Below, in pieces: positions 1-14,800 of a DNA stretch of 64,000 bases; within the stretch, counting starts at the first letter, position 1; each line of letters starts with the position of its first letter. Under the pieces are notes generated by a model. The model did not search any database. It saw only the letters and a list, made by a program, of their open reading frames with translations, and was not told the origin of the DNA. The stretch spans positions 124,001 through 188,000 of the forward strand of contig JAUCBJ010000916.1 in assembly GCA_032718475.1 (NCBI GenBank), in the 5' to 3' direction. This DNA is from Nemertoderma westbladi (Eukaryota; Animalia; Xenacoelomorpha). A program made the translations under genes and the position numbers.

Positions 1-518
1 TTTAAAGACACTAACTTTAGATCCAATGAGTCATAATGCTGATATAAATTATAACAGCGGGTGAGTTGGCTTTTATAACCAGACAACGATTTTTTCTCAA
101 CCAAAAATTTTTCGTATGTCACTGAAAAAGTACTTTTGTGTCGAGTTTTGTCCCTAAGTGTATATTGTGCATTCGGTTCACTAGTCCTCTCTTCATCTCT
201 ACGGGGCTCAACAGAAACTGTGGATCGTGAAGGTCGTGCCACATTTATGGGCGCAGTCCCTGTAGACCGCAATGGCCTTGGCACATTTGTCGCACTTCCT
301 AAAATAGGAGATGGAAGTGTGGGCTGAACTGATTGACGTGAGTTGAGAGCAGACGTTGCAGATTGGTATTCGTCCATTGATGTCGGTCTGTCATTGTCAG
401 TTCCGTTTCCCAAAGATCCTTGGTCACTATTACCACTACTAGGATCTACTGGCATAACGGTTCTCTGTATCTCAGAGATGCCTGATTTACTACTACTAGA
501 TAGGTTATGATGAGACAT
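1..518 (-). CDS. 5' part of an ORF running off the window (at least 172 codons): low-complexity S/T/P-rich N-terminus followed by a charged, probably helical segment; possibly a retrotransposon gag-like (BEL/Pao-type) N-terminus or a host exon
   Basis: Manual translation from the ATG at 518 has no stop down to base 1: MSHHNLSSSSKSGISEIQRTVMPVDPSSGNSDQGSLGNG...EPRRDEERTSEPNAQYTLRDKTRHKSTFSVTYEKFLVEKKSLSGYKSQLTRCYNLYQHYDSLDLKLVSL. There is an in-frame TAA four codons upstream. The ORF track missed it because it has no stop in the window. The product is inferred only from the KKSLSGYKSQLTR segment. Confidence 0.6.
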   Translation of the reverse strand, partial: MSHHNLSSSSKSGISEIQRTVMPVDPSSGNSDQGSLGNGTDNDRPTSMDEYQSATSALNSRQSVQPTLPSPILGSATNVPRPLRSTGTAPINVARPSRSTVSVEPRRDEERTSEPNAQYTLRDKTRHKSTFSVTYEKFLVEKKSLSGYKSQLTRCYNLYQHYDSLDLKLVSL

Positions 519-817
519 AATCAAACCTTATCGATGGAGAAATGTAAACAAGCCAATGAAAGAAATGTAAATAAGAAAGTGTGACAATAAAGTTACAATA
601 ATTATTCAAATTTAAAAATACAGAAAGTATATATAAGAAAAATATACAATTAGTTGAGTTGAGTGAAAGAATAATTAACAGTTACACTAACAGTATACTG
701 TATAATAAAATAAAGTACGCCTAGTATTGCTGGATTTATACCGGAATGTATACCTTCCTTTACTTGCTGGCGTTGCTGCAGTATAAACTACGTCAACCTT
801 AGCTTATGAAAATAACA

Positions 818-1190
818 TATAAAGTGTATACTGTACCGCGTCTAACTTAGCGGAAAATTTAGTACATAAAGTTATACTGTACTTGTACTACTATACCGCG
901 TTTACCTTAGCGGAAGTTTAATACATAAAGTTATACTGTACTTGTAATACTATACCGCGTTTACCTTAGCGGAAGTTTAGTACATAAAGTTATACTGTAC
1001 TTGTACTACTATACCGCGTTTACCTTAGCGGAAGTTTAATACATAAAGTTATACTGTACTTGTAATACTATACCGCGTTTACCTTAGCGGAAGTTTAGTA
1101 CATAAAGTTATACTGTACTTGTAATACTATACCGCGTTTACCTTAGCGGAAGTTCAGTACATAGAAAATGTAGTATATAAAGTTATACTG
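818..1190. repeat. 59-bp tandem minisatellite, ~6 copies, with partly alternating variants
   Basis: ATACCGCG recurs at 893, 952, 1011, 1070 and 1129 (period 59). Unit: ATACCGCGTTTACCTTAGCGGAAGTTTARTACATAAAGTTATACTGTACTTGTAMTACT. Confidence 0.95.
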
Positions 1191-2835
1191 CATATAGGCC
1201 TACTTACTACATACAGCTATACAGTATATTCAATACGAGCTTACAGTACCGAGCTTACGGGAAGTAAATCATACACAAATAGTACAGAATAGTGTATCAT
1301 ACTGTATGTTACGAGACAATAGGGCGAAATGAGAAAATAAATGCAAAGAAACAAATACAAAAAAAAATAGTGAATGATGAGATGAATGCTCTAAATTGAA
1401 CTTACTGTATACTTACCCCACGGTAGGACGCTATGGGACAAAGGACTCTCTCACACAGTTGACTCTGCCGGTAACTTATAAACCCTCACGCAAAAACCGG
1501 CTAACTGCAGATTAGGGTTTTTTTTTGTGAATATGCAAAATTTATTTAGTTTTTTTATTTATTTAATACTGTTGGTCCAACTGCTGCAAATCGCGTCGAC
1601 TCAATCTGCAGCCGTGGTGCTTCCGTATTAAATATTATGTTACTGGGATAACAAAATTTTGACAAAAAAAAAAATTCGGAATAATTTTGAAAAAACAAAA
1701 TTGAAAAAAATTAATGTATAATTAAACTTTAGTTATTTCCAGCCAAAATACCTGCAATGTAATAATCGATAGCTGTAAAATAATAATTAGGGTCTACAGT
1801 ATTGTACCGGTACCCTTCTGATTCAGTCAAAATATTCCTATTTGTTACTGTATGGGACCCCCGCTGCATGCGTCTATCCCCACTGCCTTAATGTGAAAGA
1901 TAACGCCGGCCACCGAAATGCCACAGCCACTCTAGCAACCGCTAGCGTAGTAACCCGTTACTTTACGTCCGTCGGCTACCACACACTTCTAATCCAACAA
2001 AGGCCTTTCCCAGTGGCACTTGTTTTCCCGAGGAGAATGGGCAGAAGGGTACAGGGTACATCAATAGCTACGGACAGGATGGCAATTACTTCCCCCTTTG
2101 CTTACGCAGGTGGACAATAACATCAATATCAAAGAATATAATATGTTGTATATTTAGTATTGATTGAAACAAAGGGTTACGTAATTTGTAATATTGATAT
2201 ACACTTACCAACAAATAATTCGTCCGGACGCTACCACCCGTTCCTCCTGAATTGCACTGCACTGTAGGCCTTGCGTCTATGAGAAGATCCGCACACAAAT
2301 AAATATTACAGCATAAAACTTAACTTAACTAGATAATACGGCCATATTGGACTACGTAATACTTGAAATAATAAACAATGGAGGGATGTAAATATTATGT
2401 CTGAATGTAAAATACGTTGTAATTGTAAGATTTTAATAGCACAAGTGTAAATGATAATTTGTAATTTAACTGTCTGAACCTGAACCTGAACCTGGTAACA
2501 AATAGGAGTAAATTACCATCCCTCCAAAACTAATTAAAGCTACCAACAGAGTCAACTGAATAACAAGGAGAGAGAGAGAGCAAATAAATTGTCGTTACTG
2601 CTATTATATAGTATAAGAGTTGACCTCTAATTACTTATTACCATTAGGAACTGAGCAACATAATTGGCTGTAATAATAACGGCATTAATAATCTGATGCA
2701 GGGCCAATCAGAGGACGGCTTCTGCTGAATAGGTATGTCGAATAGAGTGTACCGTAATATATTGGCATTGTTACTGAACATAATTGGTGTGTAATGTATA
2801 AATATAAATTGGATCTGAGATTCATAGACGCTCTA

Positions 2836-5800
2836 CCATTACACCTATCCTATTACAGGGGCTCGATAACTCAATCACACACACCCCCGTCACGCCTATC
2901 CTATTACATGGGCTGGATCACTCAATCACATACACCCCGGTCACGCCTATCCTATTACAGGGGCTGGATCACTCAATCACATACACCCCCGTCACGCCTA
3001 TCCTATTACGGGGGCTCGATAACTCAATCACACACACCCCCGTCACGCCTATCCTATTACAGGGTCTGGATCACTCAATCACATAGACCCCCATCACGTC
3101 TATCCTATTACAGGGGCTGGATCACTCAATCACATACACCCCCATCACGCCTATCCTATTACAGGGGCTGGATCACTCAATCACATACACCCCCGTCACG
3201 CCTATCCTATTACATGGGCTGGATCACTCAATCACATACACCAACGTCACGGCTATCCTATTACAGGGGCTGGATCACTCAATCACATACACCCCCGTCA
3301 TGCCTATCCTATTACAGGGGCTGGATCACTCAATCACATACACCCCCGTCACGGCTATCCTATTACAGGGGCTGGATCACTCAATCACATACAACCCCAT
3401 CACGCCTATCCTATTACAGGGACTGGATCACTCAATGACATACACCCCCGTCACGCCTATCCTATTATAGGGGCTGGATCACTTAATGACATACACCCCC
3501 GTCACGCCTATCCTATTACAGGGGCTCGATAACTCAATCACACACACCCCCGTCACGCCTATCCTATTACAGGGGCTGGATCACTCAATCACATACACCC
3601 CCGTCACGCCTATCCTATTACATGGGCTGGATCACTCAATCGCATACACCCCCGTCACGCCTATCCTATTACAGGGGCTGAATCACTCAATCACATACAC
3701 CCCCGTCACGGCTAACCTATTACAGGGGCTCGATAACTCAATCACATACACCCCCGTCACGCCCATCCTATTACAGGGGCTGGATCACTCAATCACATAC
3801 TCCCCCGTCACGCCTATCCTATTACAGGGGCTGGATCACTCAATCACATACACCCCCGTCACGGCTATCCTATTACAGGGGCTGGATCACTCAATCGCAT
3901 ACACCCCCGTCACGCCTATCCTATTACAGGGACTGGATCACTCAATGACATACACCCCCGTCACGCCTATCCCAATACAGGGGCTGGATCACTCAATGAC
4001 ATACACCCCCGTCACGCCTATCCTATTACGGGGGCTCGATAACTCAATCACACACACCCCCGTCACGCCTATCCTATTACAGGGTCTGGAACACTCAATC
4101 ACATACACCCCCGTCACGCCTATCCTATTACAGGGGCTGGATCACTCAATCACATACACCCCCATCGCGCCTATCCTATTACAGGGGCTGGATCACTCAA
4201 TCACATACACCCCCGTCACGCCTATCCTATTACAGGGGCTGGATCACTCAATCACATACACCCCCGTCACGCCTATCCTATTACAGGTGCTGGATCACTC
4301 AATCACATACACCCCCGTCACGCCTATCCTATTACAGGGGCTGGATCACTCAATCACATACACCCCCGTCACGCCTATCCTATTACAGGGGCTGGATCAC
4401 TCAATCACATACACCCCCGTCACGCCTATCCTATTACAGGAGCTCGATAACTCAATCACACACACCCCCGTTACACCTATCCTATTACAGGGTCTGGATC
4501 ACTCAATCACATACACCCCCGTCACGGCTATCCTATTACAGGGGCTCCATAACTCAATCACACACACCCCAGTCACGCCTATCCTATTACATGGGCTGGA
4601 TCATTCAATAACATACACCCCGGTCACGCCTATCCTATTACAGGGGCTGGATCACTCAATCACATACACCCCCGTCACGCCTATCCTATTACAGGGGCTG
4701 GATCACTCAATCACATACACACCCGTCACGCCTATCCTATTACAGGGGCTGGATCACTCAATCACATACACCCCATCACGCCTATCCTATTACAGGGTCT
4801 GGATCACTCAATCACATACACCCCCATCACGCCTATCCAATTACAGGGTCTGGATCACTCAATCACACACACCCCCGTCACGCCTATCCTATTACAGGGT
4901 CTGTATCACTCAATCACATACACCCCCATCACGCCTATCCTATTACAGGGGCTCGATCACTCAATCACACACACCCCCGTCACGCCTATCCTATTACAGG
5001 GGCTGGATCACTCAATCACATACACCCCCGTCACGCCTATCCTATTACAGGGGCTGGATCACTCAATCACATACACCCCCGTCACGCCTATCCTATTACG
5101 GGGGCTCGATAACTCAATCACACACACCCCCGTCACGCCTATCCTATTACAGGGGCTGGATCACTCAATCACATACACCCCCGTCACGCCTATCCTATTA
5201 CAGGGGCTGGATCACTCAATCACATACACCCCCATCACGCCTATCCTATTACAGGGGCTGGATCACTCAATCACATACACCCCCGTCACGCCTATCCTAT
5301 TACAGGGGCTGGATCACTCAATCACATACACCCCCGTCACGCCTATCCTATTACAGGGGCTGGATCACTCAATCACATACACCCCCGTTACGCCTATCCT
5401 ATTACAGGTGCTGGATCACTCAATCACATACACCCCCGTCACGCCTATCCTATTACAGGGGCTGGATCACTCAATCACATACACCCCCGTCACGCCTATC
5501 CTATTACAGGGGCTGGATCACTCAATCACATACACCCCCGTCACGCCTATCCTATTACAGGAGCTCGATAACTCAATCACACACACCCCCGTTACACCTA
5601 TCCTATTACAGGGTCTGGATCACGCAATCACATACACCCCCGTCACGGCTATCCTATTACAGGGGCTCCATAACTCAATCACACACACCCCAGTCACGCC
5701 TATCCTATTACATGGGCTGGATCATTCAATAACATACACCCCGGTCACGCCTATCCTATTACAGGGGCTGGATCACTCAATCACATACACCCCCGTCACG

Positions 5801-8800
5801 CCTATCCTATTACAGGGGCTGGATCACTCAATCACATACACACCCGTCACGCCTATCCTATTACAGGGGCTGGATCACTCAATCACATACACCCCATCAC
5901 GCCTATCCTATTATAGGGTCTGGATCACTCAATCACATACACCCCCATCACGCCTATCCAATTACAGGGTCTGGATCACTCAATCACACACACCCCCGTC
6001 ACGCCTATCCTATTACAGGGTCTGTATCACTCAATCACATACACCCCCATCACGCCTATCCTATTACAGGGGCTCGATAACTCAATCAGACATGCCCCCG
6101 TCACGCCTATCCTATTACGGGTTCTCGATAACTCAATCACACACACCCCCGTCACGCCTATGCTATTACAGGGGCTGGATCACTCAATCACATACACCCC
6201 GTCACGCCTATCCTATTACAGGGGCTCGATAACTCAATCACACACACCCCCGTCACGCCTATCCTATTACAGGGTCTGGATCACTCAATCACATACACCC
6301 CCGTCACGCCTATCCTATTACAGGGGCTCGATAACTCAATCACACACACCCCCGTCACGCCTATCCTATTACATGGGCTGGATCACTCAATCACATACAC
6401 CCCGGTCACGCCTATCCTATTACAGGGGCTGGATCACTCAATCACATACACCCCCGTCACGCCTATCCTATTACGGGGGCTCGATAACTCAATCACACAC
6501 ACCCCCATCACGCCTATCCTATTACAGGGTCTGGATCACTCAATCACATACACCCCCATCACGTCTATCCTATTACAGGGGCTGGATCACTCAATCACAT
6601 ACACCCCCATCACGCCTATCCTATTACAGGGGCTGGATCACTCAATCACATACACCCCCGTCACGCCTATCCTATTACAGGGGCTGGATCACTCAATCAC
6701 ATACACCCCCGTCACGCCTATCCTATTACAGGTTCTGGATCACTCAATCACATACACCCCCGTCACGCCTATCCTATTACAGGGGCTGGATCACTCAATC
6801 ACATACACCCCCGTCACGCCTATCCTATTACAGGGGCTGGATCACTCAATCACATACACCCCCATCACGCCTATCCTATTACAGGAGCTCGATAACTCAA
6901 TCACACACACCCCCATTACACCTATCCTATTGCAGGGTCTGGATCACTAAATCACATACACCCCCGTCACGGCTATCCTATTACAGGGGCTCCATAACTC
7001 AATGACATACACCCCCGTCACGCCTATCCTATTACAGGGGCTCGATAACTCAATCACACACACCCCCGTCACGCCTATCCTATTACAGGGGCTGGATCAC
7101 TCAATCACATACACCCCCGTCACGCCTATCCTATTACATGGGCTGGATCACTCAATCGCATACACCCCCGTCACGCCTATCCTATTACAGGGGCTGGATC
7201 ACTCAATCACATACACCCCCGTCACGGCTAACCTATTACCGGTGCTCGATAACTCAATCACATACACCCCCGTCACGCCCATCCTATGACAGGGGCTGGA
7301 TCACTCAATCACATACTCCCCCGTCACGCCTATCCTATTACAGGGGCTGGATCACTCAATCACATACACCCCCGTCACGCCTATCCTATTACCGGTGCTC
7401 GATAACTCAATCACATACACCCCCGTCACGCCCATCCTATGACAGGGTCTGGATCACGCAATCACATACACCCCCGTCACGGCTATCCTATTACAGGGGC
7501 TCCATTACTCAATCACACACACCCCAGTCACGCCTATCCTATTACATGGGCTGGATCATTCAATAACATACACCCCGGTCATGCCTATCCTATTACAGGG
7601 GCTGGATCACTCAATCACATACACCCCCGTCACGCCTATCCTATTACAGGGGCTGGATCACTCAATCACATACACACCCGTCACGCCTATCCTATTACAG
7701 GGGCTGGATCACTCAATCACATACACCCCATCACGCCTATCCTATTATAGGGTCTGGATCACTCAATCACATACACCCCCATCACGCCTATCCAATTACA
7801 GGGTCTGGATCACTCAATCACACACACCCCCGTCACGCCTATCCTATTACAGGGTCTGTATCACTCAATCACATACACCCCCATCACGCCTATCCTATTA
7901 CAGGGGCTCGATAACTCAATCAGACATGCCCCCGTCACGCCTATCCTATTACGGGGGCTCGATAACTCAATCACACACACCCCCGTCACGCCTTTGCTAT
8001 TACAGGGGCTGGATCACTCAATCACATACACCCCGTCACGCCTATCCTATTACAGGGGCTCGATAACTCAATCACACACACCCCCGTCACGCCTATCCTA
8101 TTACAGGGTCTGGATCACTCAATCACATACACCCCCGTCACGCCTATCCTATTACAGGGGCTCGATAACTCAATCACACACACCCCCGTCACGCCTATCC
8201 TATTACATGGGCTGGATCACTCAATCACATACACCCCGGTCACGCCTATCCTATTACAGGGTCTGGATCACTCAATCACATACACCCCCATCACGTCTAT
8301 CCTATTACAGGGGCTGGATCACTCAATCACATACACCCCCATCACGCCTATCCTATTACAGGGGCTGGATCACTCAATCACATACACCCCCGTCACGCCT
8401 ATCCTATTACAGGGGCTGGATCACTCAATCACATACACCCCCGTCACGCCTATCCTATTACAGGTGCTGGATCACTCAATCACATACACCCCCGTCACGC
8501 CTATCCTATTACAGGGGCTGGATCACTCAATCACATACACCCCCGTCACGCCTATCCTGTTACAGGGGCTGGATCACTCAATCACATACACCCCCATCAC
8601 GCCTATCCTATTACAGGAGCTCGATAACTCAATCACACACACCCCCATTACACCTATCCTATTGCAGGGTCTGGATTACTAAATCACATACACCCCCGTC
8701 ACGGCTATCCTATTACATGGGCTCCATAACTCAATGACATACACCCCCGTCACGCCTATCCTATTACAGGGGCTCGATAACTCAATCACACACACCCCCG

Positions 8801-11800
8801 TCACGCCTATCCTATTACAGGGGCTGGATCACTCAATCACATACACCCCCGTCACGCCTATCCTATTACATGGGCTGGATCACTCAATCGCATACACCCC
8901 CGTCACGCCTATCCTATTACAGGGGCTGGATCACTCAATCGCATACACCCCCGTCACGCCTATCCTATTACAGGGACTGGATCACTCAATGACATACACC
9001 CCCGTCACGCCTATCCTATTACAGGGGCTGGATCACTCAATCACATACACCCCCGTCACGGCTATCCTATTACAGGGGCTGGATCACTCAATCGCATACA
9101 CCCCCGTCACGCCTATCCTATTACAGGGACTGGATCACTCAATGACATACACCCCCGTCACGCCTATCCTAATACAGGGGCTGAATCACTCAATGACATA
9201 CACCCCTGTCACGCCTATCCTATTACGGGGGCTCGATAACTCAATCACACACACCCCCGTCACGCCTATCCTATTACAGGGTCTGGATCACTCAATCACA
9301 TACACCCCCGTCACGCCTATCCTATTACAGGGGCTGGATCACTCAGTCACATACACCCCCATCACGCCTATCCTATTACAGGGGCTGGATCACTCAATCA
9401 CATACACCCCCGTCACGCCTATCCTATTACAGGGGCTGGATCACTCAGTCACATACACCCCCGTCACGCCTATTCTATTACAGGTGCTGGATCACTCAAT
9501 CACATACACCCCCGTCACGCCTATCCTATTACAGGGGCTGGATCACTCAATCACACACACCCCAGTCACGCCTATCCTATTACATGGGCTGGATCATTCA
9601 ATAACATACACCCCGGTCACGCCTATCCTATTACAGGGGCTGGATCACTCAATCACATACACCCCCGTCACGCCTATCCTATTACAGGGGCTGGATCACT
9701 CAATCACATACACACCCGTCACGCCTATCCTATTACAGGGGCTGGATCACTCAATCACATACACCCCATCACGCCTATCCTATTACAGGGTCTGGATCAC
9801 TCAATCACATACACCCCCATCACGCCTATCCAATTACAGGGTCTGGATCACTCAATCACACACACCCCCGTCACGCCTATCCTATTACAGGGTCTGGATC
9901 ACTCAATCACATACACCCCCGTCACGCCTATCCTATTACGGGGGCTCGATAACTCAATCACACACACCCCAGTCACGCCTATCCTATTACAGGGTCTGGA
10001 TCACTCAATCACATACACCCCCATCACGCCTATCCTATTACAGGGGCTGGATCACTCAATCACATACACCCCCATCACGCCTATCCTATTACAGGGGCTG
10101 GATCACTCAATCACATACACCCCCGTCATGCCTATCCTATTACAGGGGCTGGATCACTCAATCACATACACCCCCGTCACGCCTACCTATTACAGGTGCT
10201 GGATCACTCAATCACATACACCCCCGTCACGCCTATCCTATTACAGGGGCTGGATCACTCAATCACATACACCCCCGTCACGCCTATTCTATTACAGGGG
10301 CTGGATCACTCAATCACATACACCCCCGTCACGCCTATCCTATTACAGGAGCTCGATAACTCAATCACACACACCCCCGTTACACCTATCCTATTACAGG
10401 GTCTGGATTACTCAATCACATACACCCCCGTCACGGCTATCCTATTACAGGAGCTCCATAACTCAATCACACACACCCCAGTCACGCCTATCCTATTACA
10501 TGGGCTGGATCATTCAATAACATACACCCCGGTCACGCCTATCCTATTACAGGGGCTGGATCACTGAATCACATACACCCCCGTCACGCCTATCCTATTA
10601 CAGGGGCTGGATCACTCAATCACATACACTCCCGTCACGCCTATCCTATTACAGGGGCTGGATCATTCAATCACATACACCCCCATCACGCCTATCCTAT
10701 TACAGGGTCTGGATCACTCAATAACATACACCCCCATCACGCCTATCCAATTACAGGGTCTGAATCACTCAATCACACACACCCCCGTCACGCCTATCTT
10801 ATTACAGGGTCTGGATCACTCAATCACATACACCCCCGTCACGCCTATCCTATTACAGGGGCTCGATAACTCAATCAGACACACCCCCGTCACGCCTATC
10901 CTATTACGGGGATAACTCAATCACACACACCCCCGTCACGCCTATGCTATTACAGGGGCTGGATCACTCAATCACATACACCCAGTCACGCCTATCCTAT
11001 TACAGGGGCTGGATCACTCAATCACATACACCCCCGTCACGCCTATCCTATTACAAGGCCTGGATCACTCAATCACATACACCCTCGTCACGCCTATCCT
11101 ATTATAGGGGCTGGATCACTCAATCACATACACCCCCGTCACGCCTATCCTATTACAGGGGCTCGATAACTCAATCAGACACACCCCCGTAACGCCTATC
11201 CTATTACATGGTCTGGATCACTCAATCACATACACCCCAGTCACGCCTATCCTATTACAGGGGCTCGATAACTCAATCACATACACCCCCGTCACGCCTA
11301 TCCTATTACAGGGGCTGGATCACTCAATCACATACACCCCCGTCATGCCTATCCTATTACAGGGGCTGGATCACTCAATCACATACACACCCGTCACGCC
11401 TATACTATTACAGGGGCTGGATCACTCAATCACATACACCCCCGTCACGCCTATCCTATTACAGGGGCTGGATCACTCAATCACATACACCCCCGTCATG
11501 CCTATCCTATTACAGGGGCTGGATCACTCAATCACATACACCCCCGTCACGCCTATCCTATTACAGGGGCTCGATAACTCAATCACACACACCCCCGTCA
11601 CGCCTATCCTATTACAGGGTCTGGATCACTCAATCACATACACCCCCGTCACGCCTATCCTATTACAGGGGTTCGATAACTCAATCACACACACCCCCGT
11701 CACGCCTATCCTATTACGGGGGCTCGATAACTCAATCACACACACACCCCCGTCACGTCTATCCTATTACAGGGGCTGGATCACTCAGTCACATACACCC

Positions 11801-14800
11801 CCATCACGCCTATCCTATTACAGGGTCTGGATCACTCAATCACATACACCCCCATCACGCCTATCCTATTACAGGGTCTGGATCACTCAATCACACACAC
11901 CCCCGTCATCCTATCCTATTACAGGGTCTGGATCACTCAATCACATACACCCCCGTCATGCCTATCCTATTACAGGGGCTCGATAACTCAATCAGACACA
12001 CCCCCGTCACGCCTATCCTATTACGGGGGCTCGATAACTCAATCACACACACCCCCGTCACGCCTATCCTATTACGGGGGCTCGATAACTCAATCACCCA
12101 CACCCCCGTCACGCCTATCCTATTACAGGGTCTGGATCACTCAATCACATGCACCCCCGTCACGCCTATCCTATTACAGGGGCTCGATAACTCAATCACA
12201 CACACCCCCGTCACGCCTATCCTATTACATGGGCTGGATCACTCAATCACATACACCCCCGTCACGCCTATCCTATTACAGGGACTGGATCACTCAATGA
12301 CATACACCCCCGTCACGCCTATCCTATTACAGGGGCTGTATCACTCAATCACATACACCCCCGTCATGCCTATCCTATTACAGGGGCTGGATCACTCAAT
12401 CACATACACCCCCGTCACGCCTATCCTATTACAGGGGCTCGATAACTCAATCACACACACCCCCGTCACGCCTATCCTATTACGGGGGATCGATAACTCA
12501 ATCACACACACCCCCGTCACGTCTATCCTATTTCAGCGGCTGGATCACTCAATCACATACACCCCCGTCACGCCTATCCTATTACAGGGGCTGGATCACT
12601 CAATCACATACTCCCCCGTCACGCCTATCCTATTACAGGGGCTGTATCACTCAATCACATACACCCCCGTCATGCCTATCCTATTACAGGGGCTGGATCA
12701 CTCAATCACATACACCCCCGTCACGCCTATCCTATTACAGGGGCTCGATAACTCAATCACACACACCCCCGTCACGCCTATCCTATTACGGGGGATCGAT
12801 AACTCAATCACACACACCCCCGTCACGTCTATCCTATTTCAGGGGCTCGATAACTCAATCACACACACCCCCGTCACGCCTATCCTATTACGGGGGATCG
12901 ATAACTCAATCACACACACCCCCGTCACGTCTATCCTATTTCAGGGGCTGGATCACTCAATCACATACACCCCCGTCACGCCTATCCTATTACAGGGGCT
13001 GGATCACTCAATCACATACTCCCCCGTCACGCCTATCCTATTACAGGGGCTGGATCACTCAATCACATACACCCCCGTCACGGCTATCCTATTACAGAGG
13101 CTGGATCACTCAATCACATACACCCCCGTCACGCCTATCCTATTACAGGGACTGGATCACTCAATGACATACACCCCCGTCACGCCTATCCTATTGCAGG
13201 GGCTGGATCACTCAATGACATACACCCCCGTCACGCCTATCCTATTACGGGGGCTCGATAACTCAATCACACACACCCCCGTCACGCCTATCCTATTACA
13301 GGGTCTGGATCACTCAATCACATGCACCCCCGTCACGCCTATCCTATTACAGGGGGTCGATAACTCAATCACACACACCCCCGTCACGCCTATCCTATTA
13401 CATGGGCTGGATCACTCAATCACATACACCCCCGTCACGCCTATCCTATTACAGGGACTGGATCACTCAATGACATACACCCCCGTCACGCCTATCCTAT
13501 TACAGGGTCTGGATCACTCAATCACATACACCCCCGTCACGCCTATCCTATTACAGGGGCTCGATAACTCACTCACACACACCCCCGTCACGCCTATCCT
13601 ATTACATGGGCTGGATCACTCAATCACACACACCCCGGTCACGCCTATCCTATTACTGGGGCTGGATCACTCAATCACATACACACCCGTCACGCCTATC
13701 CTATTACAGGGGCTGGATCACTCAATCACATACACCCCCGTCACGCCTATCCTATTACAGGGGCTGGATCACTCAATCAAATACTCCCCCGTCACGCCTA
13801 TCCTATTACAGGGGCTGGATCACTCAATCACATACACCCCCGTCACGGCTATCCTATTACAGGGGCTGGATCACTCAATCACATACACCCCCGCCACGCC
13901 TATCCTATTACAGGGGCTGGATCACTCAATGACATACACCCCCGTTACGCCCATCCTATTACGGGTGCTCGATAACTCAATCACACACACCCCCGTCACG
14001 CCTATCCTATTACAGGGTCTGGATCACTCAATCACATACACCCCCATCACGCCTATCCTATTACAGGGGCTGGATCATTCAATCACATACACCGCCGTCA
14101 CGCCTATCCTATTACGGGTGCTCGATAACTCAATCACACACACCCCCGTCACGCCTATCCTATTACAGGGGCTGGATCACTCAATCACATACACCCCCGT
14201 CACGCCTATCCTATTACAGGGGCTGGATCACTCAATGACATACACCCCCGTCACGCCTATCCTATTACGGGTGCTCGATAACTCAATCACACACACCCCC
14301 GTCACGCCTATCCTATTACAGGGGCTGTATCACTCAATCACATACACCCCCGTCACGCCTATCCTATCACAGGGGCTGGATCACTCAATCACATACACCC
14401 CCGTCACGCCTATCCTATTACAGGGTCTGGATCACTCAATCACATACACCCCCGTCATGCCTATCCTATTACGGGGGCTCGATAACTCAATCACACACAC
14501 CCCCGTCACGCCTATCCTATTACAGGGTCTGGCTGGATCACTCAATCACATACACCCCCGTCACGCCTATCATATTACAGGGGCTCGATAACTCAATCAC
14601 ACACACCCCCGTCACGCCTATCCTATTACATGGGCTGGATCACTCAATCACATACACCCCTGTCACGCCTATCCTATTACAGGGGCTGGATCACTCAATC
14701 ACATACACCCCCGTCACTGCTATCCTATTACAGGGGCTGGATCACTCAATCACATACACCCCCGTCACGCCTATCCTATTACGCGTGCTCGATAACTCAA

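Noticed and set aside
136-327. 63-aa plus-strand ORF
   Set aside because: It is the antisense shadow of the longer minus-strand ORF.
1966-2236. TGGTAGC motifs on the minus strand as a tRNA-iMet primer binding site
   Set aside because: Only ~7 nt match and neither motif follows an LTR-terminal CA.
1842-2298. Short ORFs 1842-2120 and 2086-2298 (likewise 34980-35252, 35009-35230 and 36450-36674)
   Set aside because: Non-ATG starts, no recognisable motifs, and lengths expected by chance.
2474-2494. (CTGAAC)3 as a LINE 3' tail
   Set aside because: Too short, with no recognisable upstream LINE coding sequence.
2695-2805. CCAAT box (GGCCAATCAG) and TATAAA as a promoter driving satellite transcription
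   Set aside because: Short motifs in AT-rich DNA that cannot be supported without transcript data.
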